DNA of 64,000 nt, from contig NW_021832273.1 of NCBI RefSeq assembly GCF_006345805.1, forward strand, positions 1 to 64,000, in the 5' to 3' direction. The notes below the pieces were generated by a model that saw only the letters and a program-made list of their open reading frames with translations, did no database searches and was not told the DNA's origin. Position 1 is the first letter of the stretch. The number at the start of each line of letters is the position of its first letter. This DNA is from Octopus sinensis (Eukaryota). A program made the translations under genes and the position numbers. Of the stretch, positions 51,685 through 64,000 are shown piece by piece.

Positions 51685-54600
51685 GAAGAACGTGATAACC
51701 AACGTGCGTTGTTGTTGTTGTTTTTAAACGCTTCTCGATCTGTGTGAAATATATGACAAACTCTGAAGAAAATCGAACTATGAAAAAACCTGAACAGTTC
51801 ACTCGCTCCCCGACAGTATGTCAGTCGTGCCTCGTGTCAAACCCCCGCAAACGGGGAATCCACTGCGCCCTCTGCAATGCCCATTTCCACCTGAGCTGTG
51901 TATCTTTGTCTAAGGCGACTGCAAGTGCCTTGGGCGCATGGCACTGTGCCCGCTGCCTCTTCAACTCAAAGGGCGCTGGGCCAAATCGGCGACCCTCTCG
52001 TACTACTACCCGCCACAATCTCTCGACTGAAGAATTTATTCTGTCCCTGTCTTCGCTTCGTGGCACAAGAGACATCCCTCTCCGCATTCCCAAACAAGCC
52101 CGCCTGACGGTCGCTTCCTGCCTCGAACAAATTATCTCAGAAGCACTCAGTTCCGAAGAAGACCTCCCGTGGTTCCGTATCTTCCTGTTTGCACCTCTCG
52201 TCCTTGGAAACAAGCACGAGCCGACCATTCCCGGCAAGGGAATCTCGTCCGCAATTAAGTCTCGGGCAGTTTCTTTCGGCGAGGAATGCGACAATCTTGT
52301 CCTACCCTTCCCTCTTCCCTCCTCTCAGAGGAAGTCCGGGTTATGCGAAAATGGCATCGGACAGGACGCCAGGATGATCGATCGGGTGAATCGAAAGCTC
52401 CTCGAAGGAGACGTGAGAGCTGCCCTCCGTGTCTTGTGCTCCGGGGACTCTGTTGCCGAGTGTACGTCCAGAACATCAACTTTGCTGAGGTCAAAGCATC
52501 CGCCGGCCCCTGAAGACCTAAGGCCTTGGACTCCCCCCCGAAGCCCCACACTGATGATCATCACTGAGGAAGAAGTTCTGTCGGGAATCAGATCTTTCGG
52601 AGCGAGCAGCAGCGGGGGAATTGACGGCCTTCGGCCGGGGCATATCAAGGATATGACTTCTGCGATCACCGGGGAATCCGGCTCTCGGCTCTTGTGTACA
52701 ATCACGAAACTGGTCGGAAGGATCATCGACGGAAAGATCCCCCTCTTCGCGAGGAATCTCTTTTTCGCTGCCCACCTTCACGCTTTTCAAAAACCGGACG
52801 GAGGTGTCCGCCCAATAGCGGTTGGCAATTACTTCAGAAGGCTCTGCGGAAAAGTTTCTGCCAGAAGGGTTGCAACGAGAATTGGGGCCGAGCTTTCGCC
52901 TACGCAAGTCGGTGTTGGTGTGCGTGGCGGCTGCGAAGGAGCCGTTCACGCTACCAGGGGGTTCTTCTACATGGGGCAACGAGTTACTACCGATTTTATT
53001 GCTGTGAAGCTTGATATCACCAACGCTTTCAACAGCGTGCGCCGGGATGCTATTTTGGAAACATGCGCTCGAAGAGTACCAGAAATAATCAATCTTGTCT
53101 CGCTTGCCTACGGCTCGGAGAGCAGTCTTGTATACGGGAATGAGATCATCCGTTCGGAGACCGGCGTGCAACAGGGTGATCCGCTAGGGCCACTCCTCTT
53201 CGCGTTGACAATCGATGAGGCAGCTCGCCTTGCTGTCTCTCAATTCAATCTGTGGTATCTTGATGATGCCACATTGGGTGGCCATGCTGACCACGTTATT
53301 CGGGATGTCGAACACATCGTACCAGCACTGGCTACCCTCGGCCTCTCGGTCAACGCGAAGAAGACCGAGATCATTAATGTCTCGTGTTCGGAGGCCGACT
53401 TCCGATCCGCTGTGGCCCGCCTCAGAGCAACCCTGCCTTGTGCGAACGTTACCCCAATCGATGATGTCACCTTTCTCGGTGGATCCCTGTCCTACACGAA
53501 GCTCCAATCCATGCTTTCCGCCAAAGCTGAACACTTCCAAAGACTTTCTACAAATCTCTCTATCTTGTCCTCGCACACTGCCTTTTTCCTCTTGAAGAAC
53601 AGCATTCACATGCCGAAACTCATTTTCACCCTCAGGAGCAATCCCTGCTTCCTGCATATGGACCTACTCGCCGCATACGACGTAATCCTGAAAAAGACTG
53701 CCGAATCCGTCCTCAATGTACACCTCGATGGTCCTGGATGGGCCCAATGCTCGCTCCCATTGAGATTCGGAGGCGCGGGAATCCGCACTGCATCCGATGT
53801 GGCACTTCCGGCATATCTATCCTCCCTTTCGATGTGCAACAACCTGGCCTCTGAGATCCTACTCAACTCTTTCGGATCTTGCCTGGATGGTGCTTTTTCG
53901 GATGGGCTCATTACCTGGGATCGCTCCTTTTCTGAGAGGCCCGAAGATTTCTCCTCCCAACGTGCCTGGGACTCTATTGCATGCCGAGCGCGTGTGTCTG
54001 AGCTCTCGGCAACCCTTGATCAACACCGCCTGGCATGCCTTCGTGCGGCATCCGCCCCTCACTCTGGCAGCTGGCTGAATGCTCTTCCTCTCTCCAGCAT
54101 CGGGACGTGGCTAGACGATGCTGCCATACGCATCGGAGTGGCTCACCGTCTCGGCCTGGATGTTTGTGCAAAACACCGCTGCAGATGCGGTGAGGACGTT
54201 GACGAAAAGGGACTGCACCCACTTTCCTGCAAGAGGAGCGCAGGCAGGGAACACAGACACAAGGCCCTCAATGAAATCGTAAAGGCCGGTCTCGAAATGG
54301 CGGGCCATTCGTGCCTCCTCGAACCGGTCGGACTCGATCGGGGAGATGGCAAAAGGCCTGACGGGATGACAATATTCCCGTACTCGTCGGGGAAGGCCCT
54401 TGTATGGGATGTCACCGTTGTGGATACCTTTTCGAAATCGAGGATCCATTCTTCTGCGGCAAACCCTTGTTCGGCTGCAAACCACGCCGAAAAGATAAAA
54501 ATACATAAATAATCTTCGCTCGCGGACCGCTACCGCGTTACGGCAATCGCTCTGGAGACCGCTGGAGTTGCAGGAAAGGAGACTGACTCGTTCCTCAAAG

Positions 54601-54757
54601 AGGTCGGGCAGTCCATCGGGAGAAGGCTCAAGGACTCGAGAGAGAGCCTCTGGTTCCGCCAGCGCATCGGCCTGGCCATTGTTCGGGGCAACGCACACTG
54701 CGTCCTCGCCGCTGGAACTTAACTATTTTCGGTGTTAATTGTTAAAAAAAAAAAAAA
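51685..54757 (+). mobile_element. Full-length CRE-clade retrotransposon; ORF 51753-54722 with a single in-frame TAA at 54510-12
   Basis: PHD finger 51819-51957; KLDITNAFNS, GVQQGDPLGP, WYLDD; HRCRCG...HPLSC; RPDG...WDVT. The frame continues past the TAA to IVRGNAHCVL. Poly(A); TSD AAGTGTCATCTG at 51673-84 and 54758-69. Confidence 0.94.
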
Positions 54758-56589
54758 AAGTGTCATCTGCAAAAATCAATTTGTCAATTACATACTTCAA
54801 GTGTCATCTGCAAAAATCAATTTGTCAATTACATACTTCAAATGTCATCTGCAAAAATCAATTTGTTAATAACAACCTTTAAATTTGCAATTAACAAAGT
54901 CAATTTTGCATATAAGAAATTTTTCGTCAAAATACATCGAACATTTTTTGATGGCTGAAAAAACAAGATATCGCAAGTACAATGATGATACAAAAAAATA
55001 ATAATTGAAGCACATGAAAATTTTGGCGATTGGCAGTCTCTATGCTCCTCTCTTAGAGTTAATTTGAGAACAGCTCATCATTGGATTGAAAATAAAGGAA
55101 AGAAAGACATCCAAGAGGAGGTAAAAGACATTCAAAAAAATCAAATAAATATAAATGAATTAATCAGTTGGATTGAAGCTGATCCTCAAGTCACTTTGAA
55201 AGAATGTGCGGAGAAAATACGAAATAATTATTCAATGTCTGTGTCGGTCACAACAGTAAAAAATTGGTTTGATGTGGAATTAATTTTTCTAAAAACCTGT
55301 CGACCAATAGTTGCAAATGTAAATTCACCTGAAAATAAAGAAAAAAGAATATATTATTTGGATTGCTTGTTTAAAGCAAGGTCTGCTGGAAGAACTTTAA
55401 TTTGGATCGATGAATCCAATTTTAATTTATATTGTAAGAGAAAAGAAGGAAGATCAAAAATAGGATTTCGTTCTTTTGTCATTACTCCAAATTCGAGAGG
55501 CTCTAACTTACATTGTATAAGTGCAATGTCTGCTTCAACATTGTTTAATTTTCAATGCAAAAGAAGTTCTTACAGAGGAGAAGATTGTAAAAATGGATGA
55601 AAGAGTTAATTAATGAATGCAGGTCTTCAGGCGTACAAGATCCCACTTTTATAATTGACTAGCACAATCGACGAGAAGATTGACTTTTTTGTCGCGGATG
55701 TGCTATTAATAATAACCAGTCAATTATAAAGTGATTGTCTTCAACAAGTGCATCTGAGAGAACATTCGAGAGGTATTGGGCATTTCTTGGAACAATGGTT
55801 TTCAGATCCAATACAATCATCTACAATACAACATTAAAACCTCCTTGTCTACTTTTTAATTAGTATCACTATTCTTTAAAAATAGATGACGATCATATAA
55901 ATAATCTCATTGCGTTTTTGCTGCAGGTTAAGTAGAATATGTTATTCATTTTGATAAAATAGGTATGTCGTGATGCATTGAAAAATACTATCAAAGGAGC
56001 AGAAAAAATGAAAAAACAAGGGAGATGAAAAAATAATGAAAACCATATATAGAGCAATGATTCTGTTTCTAAAAAAAGATTTTAATACAAATTTAGCACA
56101 TCGACGATGCCGCTATACGACATAAAGTTATTGAAAAAATGGGGATAACAAAAAAGTTGAAGATAAGGAGGGAAATTTATTTAAAAAATTTCATTTTAAA
56201 AAAATAGTAAAACATTCTGATGTCATTTTATACGAGTACGGTTAGAATGAAATACGAAAAATTCTATTAGGGAGTTTTATAGTGCAAAATTAAAGGGCTG
56301 GTTTTCAAACGGGGGTTCACAACCGTAAAATTTTGAAAATCTATACGATTTCAGTTTCAACATAAAAAATTTTTTTAATTATAATTAAAATAAATCATCT
56401 CTCAAATTTACAACCTTTATGATTTGCCACTCTTTTTTTTACCTGAAAACAATTAAAATTCTGTTTTTCCCTTGTGTTTTTTTACCATTTTTCTAAGTTC
56501 ATCAAAATACAGGTTATTTCGATCAGAAAAAATAAGTGCTGATAATTAACATTTGCTCTAAATCTCTGAATTTAAAAGAAAAAATGCAA

Positions 56590-57760
56590 AGAGGGAAGAT
56601 CAACAGCTGATGTAATTTGGACATACAGATGGACTGGTGTCCTGTGCCAAAAATATAAAAAGTGTATTGAAATTTTTGTGGTAGACATGACTCGGGCCTT
56701 CGACTCCATTCACAGAGGGCTCCTTATGGAAGTATTAAAGAGCTTCCTTCATTCAGACAAAACAAGAATGATAAACCTTCTCCTAGTGAACACCCAACTC
56801 ACCGTTAAAGTCGGAAAGACGACATCAAGATACTTCGAAACAACACGGGGTGTTCCACAAGGAGACTCGCTATCTTCCGTGCTTTTTATTGTGTATCTTG
56901 AAGCCGCTTTGAGGGACTTTAAATCAGTTATAAAAAATGATTATTATGAGATATCCTACGCAGACGACATGGACTTTGTGTCAGACGACAGAGAAATTCT
57001 CAAATATATATACATGGCAAATTCGAAAAATGGTTTCTCACTGTGAACACCGAAAAAACAGAATATTTATCCTTAAGCCGATCGGAAAGCCGCATTGATG
57101 AATCATGGAAAAGGCACAAAAAGTTGGAAACGCTCCTGAAAGACACAGAGGATGTTACCCGAAGGAAAATCTTTTTAAATGGAGCCTTTAGAAAGCTTAT
57201 GTCTTTATGGGGAACTAAAAAGAAGCTAATTGGAAAAATGAAAATAAGGATATACAACTCGTTTGTATTGCCAATCCTTACTTACAACTGTGGAACCTGG
57301 GGACTCACAAAACTAGAAAATCAGAAACTAGACAGTTTTCATAGATCTCAATTACGTGCAGCACTCAACATCCGCTACCCGCAGAAGATCACAAACGACA
57401 ACCTATACAAATTATGCAACTCAGAAATTCTTTCGATCGAAATCCTGAAATCACGATGGAGGCTATTTGGCCACATTCTGCGGACGGACGTCGCCACTCC
57501 TGCTAACATTGCTATGGAAACATATTTCATGCAATGCGGAGACGCATTCCGAGGAAGACCAAGGACAGCACTTCCATCGGTGCTAAATCAGGATCTCAAA
57601 ATTATTGGGAGGAAACTCGAAACTGCTGATGATCTCGACAACCTGAGAGAATTGGCAAAGAGGAGAGGTACCTGGAGAAGGTTGTGTAACAGTATTGTTG
57701 TTCACGCGGCACAAGGAAAGCTTAATTAGTTTCATGACTTCTTGAGAGTGCTTTTAATAA
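56590..57760 (+). mobile_element. 5'-truncated RTE-clade element
   Basis: GRSTADVIW, VDMTRAFDS, GVPQGDSLS and YADD; 3' UTR similar to 48690-48725. Confidence 0.87.
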
Positions 57761-58890
57761 TATGCTTAGGGAGGGCGGGGATTCTGCGTGTAATTAAAAT
57801 GAATAAATGGCATTTGGCTATGATCGCAGGATTTCTATCCTCTAAATATGCAATTATTGATAAGAAGAGTATTACTATTGAGTCTCTAAAGTTCAGTCAG
57901 ATACAATATTTACAAAAGAAAATTAGTTCTAAAGTACTACACTCTGTGCTCTTCAAATGTATGGATGAACCTAATGTTGATTTACCTGCATCCTCATACT
58001 GGCTATCTAATAGAAATAATGGGCCACGAAGCGAAGCATTGTATTGTCTTTTGAAAGATCGAAACTTGTTCTTTGCATCCGCTGGCTCATTATGCAATCA
58101 TTGTAAGAAAAGCAAGAAAACTGTTAATCACTTGGCTACTCAGTGTGGTAAAATGCTCAACAGTGATTATCTCCGGAAACACAATGAAGTTGTGAAGTGT
58201 AGTCACCTTAACTTGTGCCGAATGTATGGACTTAAAAAAGCAAGACGATTGAAGGGACATTCTGTTCAGTCGACACTGTCGACGGGAAAAGTTGAAATCA
58301 GAGTTGATACAACAATCCACACCAAAACAAAAGTAGAATACAACAAGCCAGATATTTTTGTCCACGACAAAATCAAAAACGAAATAAATCTAATTGAAGT
58401 GGGTATTACTTCACAAGTGGAAGTAAGTGGAAGTTGAAAAGTGTCACAAGTATGATCTACTGGCAAGTGAGCTTTCGCTTCTGTATAGTTGTCAAGTAAA
58501 AATAATTCCTGTGGTTATGACATGGGATGGAGTTGTCTCGAAATGCTTCAAAAATTATATGAAGAAACTATCTATTGAAGCAGGAACGGGGACATACATC
58601 CAATCGGTTTTACTGAAAAGAACGCTCGAGAGTATGATGATCGAACACAAGCACGGAATGAAGGTATCTGGTAAAGAATACGCTTCTGCTTCCAACCGGT
58701 TTGTGGAGATGGCATGCAATGGTGAAGACAGCCCAATGAATGCTAAAGAAGATGCAATGGTGGAATCAGATGTGGTAATGGGGAGTAAGAGGCAGCCGGA
58801 AGTAGGCTCTTCTTCCAAGAGAAGGAGAGTGGATATCAGCGAGCTGGAGTGAGATCTGCTTCGTTTCTGATTAACTATTAATTTATTATT
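57761..58890 (+). mobile_element. 5'-truncated R4/Dong-like element (family of 42190-45803)
   Basis: Highly similar to 44670-45800, with the same 3' end. Confidence 0.9.
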
Positions 58891-58956
58891 GTTCATGTCG
58901 TTAATAGGCTTTATAATTGATCCATTAGAAAAGAGTCTTTACATTGAGAGTGAATA

Positions 58957-60257
58957 CACCCCTCGACATTAAAATCCGAACACTTAATTTTTAGCAAAAT
59001 TTTTAATCATTTTTAATAAAATAATTTATTTGAGCTTCTTTATTTGTATTATTTTAACTATTTATATATTTAAATATATATTCGAACATATAATTTTCAA
59101 AATTAAAGCAGAAACGTGTTTTCTAGTGACAAAGAATTCCGAACGGTATTTTGTTCAGCTCGCAGAATACAATTTTTATTAGACAGAAACGAATAATTTC
59201 AAAAAAGGACAAATTATATCTTTATATAATCAAAATTTCTCCTATAAAATGATTTCGGACATTGTAAATATACCGAAGACAACTGTTTGGGATTTTGTTA
59301 AAAAATATCTAAAAACCGGGATTACGTGCAGAAAGGCTGGATCTAGAAGGCCACCCAACTTCAGTCAAGATGAAATTAGGATTCTTTTATCATTATCAAC
59401 TGATAATTTTCGAACCGCAGCTACCTTGTCTTCAGAAATGGAAAAAATTACACAAAAAAGTCTCAGCACGCACAATAACAAGAATTCTAAACTCAAAAGG
59501 TTTGTATGGACGAGTTGTAAAGAAACGACCATTTCTAAGTTCAAAAAATATTGCTTTCTAAGTTCAAAAAATATTGTTCAAAAATATTAAAAAATATGGA
59601 ATATCTAAAAAATTTCTTGCAATTTCCGACAACGGATAAAGGAAAGTTATTTTCTCCGACAAATGTAGTTTTGAACTTTTTTCCCATTCAAGACGAATGT
59701 ATCAATACAGAAAAAAAGGAAATAAGTTGAGATATGCGAAGATAATACCTAGTTTTAAGTTTGGTGGAGGGAAAGTTCTTGTTTAGGGCTGTTTTTTGTA
59801 TTTCGGAATGGGGAAATTAGTTTTTATTGATGGAAAAATGAACTCTGGGGAATATATTAATATTCTGGCAAATAATCTTGAAGATTCAGCGAATAAAATG
59901 GGATTGAGCGACTATATATTCCAACAAGATAATGCGCCTTGCCACACATCTAAGGCAACTAAAGAATATATATGTCCTCTCAAAATATTAATTTGCTCGA
60001 CTGGCCACCTCAGTCACCTGACATGAACCCAATCGAACACATTTGGGCTCACATTAAAAACGTTCTTTCAAGTGATACGTCAGAAAGTAGAACAAGTACA
60101 AAAATTGATCTAAAGCAAAAAATATCGGAAATTTGGGAAAATATCTCAATTGAATTCATCAGAAAACTTGTTAGCTCAATGAAAAATTTGGAAGTTTACA
60201 ACAGAAAAGGAAGGCATTCAAGCTACTAATTAAATTTTGTTCGGTTTTCTTTGTCAT
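58957..60257 (+). mobile_element. Decayed Tc1 transposon
   Basis: TA plus CACCCCTCGACATTAAAATCCGAACAC left end; FQQDNAPCH and SPDMNPIEHIW; only a partial right TIR. Confidence 0.82.
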
Positions 60258-60962
60258 GAAATACTCGTAGAAAAAGTAATGGCCTTAAAACGGAAAATCG
60301 AATTTTGGCGATCATCTGTAGATAATAATATTGCATGTTTTGCCGTTTTACACGAGTATCTTGAAGAATCAAAATCATCATTGGACAATACAGTTCTTCA
60401 GGACATAAAAGATCATTTGATGATTTTGGACGATAACATTGCGAAATATTTTCCGGGTAAATTTGATGACGATTGGGTTCAAAACCCATTCAAAGTTAAA
60501 GTAATACCAGCAAATCTAATATCAATTGAATATGAACATCTTATTGATTTGAAATCAGAATCAGCGTCATATCAGTTATATAAAAATGAATCCCTTTTTA
60601 ATTTTTGGAGGGGATACATTTCAAAATATCCAGATATCTCAGAAAGGGCTATACGTAAACTATTACCTTTTCCAACGACTTACTTATGCGAGTCTGGGTT
60701 TTTAATATATACATCCACCAAAACAAAATATAGAAATAAACTTAATGCTTCCGCTGATATGAGGATACAGTTGTCAACAATAACTCCTAACGTTACACAA
60801 CTATGCTATGATAAAAAATTACCTCAATGTTCACATTAAAATTGTTTTTGGTTATTACTATTATGTTTTAAGTGAAATTATAATAATTGAATTGGAAGGG
60901 TTCCGTAAAAAATAAATTAGCACAAAAGGGTTCCGCGAGCACCTTAAGGTTGGGAACCACTG
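60258..60962 (+). mobile_element. hAT (Buster-like) 3' portion with right terminus
   Basis: FNFW...KYPDIS...LLPFPTTYLCESGF. Ends GGTTGGGAACCACTG, followed by the 8-mer ATCTAGAC. Confidence 0.85.
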
Positions 60963-60979
60963 ATCTAGACCACCTAGTT

Positions 60980-61740
60980 GTCAAGTCCAAGTGTTCAAGA
61001 GAATGAATGAATATGGTTTATTTAATACAATGGCCATACGAAAGCATGTGGTGGCCTTTCTGGACAGATTCGCTTCTAAAAAACATATGAAATCCCAGGG
61101 ATCTTGCGCGAAGAGAACCGAAACTAGACTATCTGAGCTAGTCAGGAACAAGGCGCGACTGGAAAGCAAAAGAAGGAGGTGTTTCGAATCTGAGGACTCT
61201 GGAAGTCTAAAGGCCCGAATCAACACCCTGAAGAGTCGGATCGACGAGCTGACTAAAGCAAACACAGATGAGGCATGGAAGAGAGAATGCTTAAAACTCA
61301 ACAAGAAAAATCCTAAATTCTGGAAACTATACAAAATAATGAACGGGACTTCGGGGATTAAGTGGTCGCTGTGACTTCGGGGATTAAGTTTCCCATATCC
61401 GTCTGCACACCCACGTCCATAGTTTGTTTTACAGAGATCTCAGAGCAGGTCTGGACTCCCTTCTCCGTAGCCCAGCTTTTCCTGGTAGACCATCGTTCCC
61501 TCAGATTTTTAGGATTGGCAATAGGTCCACAAGCCTGTCTAATCGGAGAGTCAATTTTTTCCTGGACGACGACTCGTCCCTTCCGGACGGGGTTCCATCC
61601 TGCTTCGGCTTGGGTTTCTCTCCCCCCACTGACTTTCGAGAACTTATTTCTTTGGGAAACTTTTGCAATAGGGCAACCTCCGTAGTTCGCCCAGTGATCA
61701 GAAGAGCCGCAGTTGACACACGTTCGGTGTTCAAGAGAAG
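60980..61740. mobile_element. Jockey/I-like LINE pieces in opposite orientations
   Basis: Plus: linker (AWKRECLKLNKKNPKFWK). Minus: ORF1 zinc knuckle CVNCGSSDH...C. Confidence 0.65.
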
Positions 61741-61975
61741 ATTCCGTCGAAAATTTGAAATACAAATTAAGACAACAAAAAAATGTTTAAAAACTTTTTT
61801 AAATGTGGCAAATGCAAGAGTTGAAGCATCCTTTCGAGTTGCTCATATCCTTGGATCTGCTGGAAAACCTTTTTCAGACGGCGAACTTGTGAAAAGATGT
61901 ATCATGGAATCAGTTAAATGCATTGATCCCGACAGGGAGCATAACTTTGAAGCAATTCCACTTTCACGTGAACGC
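61740..61975 (+). pseudogene. hAT (GTF2IRD2-like) N-terminal fragment
   Basis: ASFRVAHILGSAGKPFSDGELVKRCI...IPLSR. Confidence 0.75.
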
Positions 61976-62282
61976 CGAAATTTACCGATCCCCGAAATTG
62001 ACGGATTCGAGAGACTTTACTGTATTAACAATACAGGTAATAGGGATGAAGAATTTCATAATTATGATTCGATTTGTCACAAGATTCTTTCCGAAACATT
62101 CATTATTTTCTCGGCAACAAGTCTTTAATCATCCAGAATGATTGAGAACAAATGATTGATTTTTTTGAGAACAAAAGGATAGTACGAGACCATGAAATTG
62201 AGAAGACAGTTTAAAAACGATACATTATGTATATGTCCATTAGTCTGAAAAGAACAAAAACATTCCTTTCGTAATCATCAAA

Positions 62283-62500
62283 ATTGGCATTAAAAATGCC
62301 TTCAACTCGATACGATGTGATACAATTCTGGAGGATTGCTTTACATACTACCCATCAGTGTATAGCTATATTCATAGCTCATATGGAAAACCATCCAGTC
62401 TGGTGCACGGCCAATATTACATTCCATCGTGTTCTGGAATCCAACAAGGAAACCCACTGCCTAACCCTGAACACCAATAAATGTGAAGTTATCAATTTTA
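62283..62500 (+). pseudogene. Decayed CRE RT fragment
   Basis: AFNSIRCDTILEDC...SSYGKP, SGIQQGNP and LNTNKCEVIN. Confidence 0.6.
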
Positions 62501-62849
62501 AAGATCAAAATAATATAAATTAATATAAATTTAATTCAAAAAGGATCAAAATAATATAAATTTAATTCAAAAAGTCAATATTGGTTGAGATTAATTAATT
62601 GATAAAATAAATACAAATTCACTTGCAAAATAAACTTTATTCAGGATATTTTAGCAGTAGTCAAATTAATTAATCATCAAACAAATAAAAAACGGAAATA
62701 TTATAAAAATAAAACATTGATTGTACAAAATAATAGAATAACAATTAACAACAGAAGAAAATAATATAACGTGCTTTACAAGTGAATAATATATCATATT
62801 TAATTCGATAAATTAAGAAGATTTTATTTTTCAAAATAAATAAATAATT

Positions 62850-63200
62850 AAACGAGTCCCAGTTAACACACTTTCTATAACACTCAGCCGCAGAGTTGAA
62901 CTGGTTCCGTCTGTGCGGACTCCCACATCGTAGATAGCGCTACTGTTCCTAATAAAATCTAGAAATATGTCCAAATTTCTGACATCTGAAGCACTAGACT
63001 TCTGGTTTTTTAAACCTTCTGAATAAAATTTTATTGAAACCTATCTTCATTTCTAATTCTACCAGAGATTGGGCTTTGGTCTTGTTCTGCATCGTGAGTT
63101 TTGCCACCGGAAAAGGCATTCCTTTACAAACGAATGAAACTAGGAGAGATTGAACAGGATACCAGGTTGAACAGGTCTACCAAAGCATTTTCTGTTACCT
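62850..63200 (-). pseudogene. Decayed LINE ORF1 zinc-knuckle region
   Basis: CFRCQKFGHISRF...LRCGSPH, with in-frame stops. Confidence 0.6.
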
Positions 63201-64000
63201 AGTAAAGTAGGTTTAGTATTACTAGTTTTTAGTTCCGCGGTGTCAAATATTCAATTGAGTGTCCATAAAGACTTAAAAGAAGATTCCGCTCCCAATCATA
63301 AATAAAGTCGTTTATATCCTCTGCATTCCAAAATATAAGTTCGTAAAGATTCATTATGGTGTTGCGAAGTCCGGGCCCTCGGGGCGGTTGGAGATTCACA
63401 AATTATATTTGCGAATTGGATCAAATCAATTGTAGTGTTAGTCGAACATACAAGAATAGTTAGTAGAATATTTTAACCCCAACAAACTTCTAACAACAAC
63501 GTGATTCATACAAAATGGCGCATGCTTTTGAATTTGTTAAGATCGCTGACTTTGCTGAAACCTTTACCTTTAAATGGCTCCGCTCTAGCCACTTGGCAAA
63601 AGCAAAGAAAAAACAAGACTCCTAAATATCAAAAATTCACAACAATTCAAAACACATTGGATTCGTATTTGATTATTTATTCTTTCACGTTTTTCGTTTT
63701 TTTGTTACGCTTGACTCTTCTTTTAAAACACTTTAATCCGATCGATTAAATTGGAGGGAGTTAAATTGATGGTTATGACACTCCTCTCAAATATATTTTC
63801 ACTGCAAAAAAGATACATTCATTTAGAGCATAAATCAGATATTAAACTATTGATTAGTGTCAATACTAGACATAATTGAAATCATATTTACAATATTTCG
63901 CAAAATAAATTAAAACTAATCGGCAGTTAAAATAAATTATAATGATTTACAGTAATTAATATGCTAAAATCATATAAAAAGAAGCTACGACGCAGAAAGT

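Larger units (their letters stand above)
51517..55940 (+). mobile_element. IS630/Tc1-like transposon copy 2 (right end not found); transposase remnant 54952-~55700
   Basis: Same TIR after TA at 51515-16, same ~37-bp repeats (51530-51684, 54760-54870). MAEKTRYRKY...WIDESNFN...QDPTFIID. Confidence 0.82.

Noticed and set aside
54510-54512. Non-standard genetic code or stop read-through
   Set aside because: The in-frame interruptions are TAA, TAG and TGA in different elements, and TAA and TGA also end ORFs normally; point mutation or sequencing error is simpler.
52255-54698. Many antisense or overlapping ORFs within the GC-rich CRE and RTE elements
   Set aside because: Shadow frames of GC-rich coding sequence with no independent motifs.
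63355-63425. HDV-like ribozyme near a LINE 5' region
   Set aside because: A P4-like hairpin followed by CGAA is present, but I could not find a P1 helix or a canonical P3/L3 on either strand.

Overview
This is eukaryotic, AT-rich, repeat-dense DNA with no recognisable host gene. Bases 1-13803 are a ~75-bp satellite with higher-order repeats and one orientation switch near 2236. Bases 13804-64000 are a mosaic of nested transposable elements. Retrotransposons: CRE-clade (two near-full-length copies with an N-terminal PHD finger), R4/Dong-like, RTE and Jockey/I-like. DNA transposons: IS630/Tc1-like, Tc1, pogo/Tigger, hAT and Ginger/TDD-like. Three things stand out. (1) DNA-transposase genes carry 22-33-nt GT-AG micro-introns whose removal joins split ORFs and restores catalytic motifs, so the six-frame track under-calls them. 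(2) CRE-clade elements land repeatedly in the ~37-bp subterminal repeats of one IS630/Tc1-like transposon family, with five CRE pieces in two host copies. (3) A 5'-truncated R4/Dong copy is flanked by a perfect 124-bp direct repeat resembling an exceptionally long target-site duplication (TSD). Family calls come from motif recognition by eye; no database search was run, and element boundaries not defined by a TIR or TSD are approximate.
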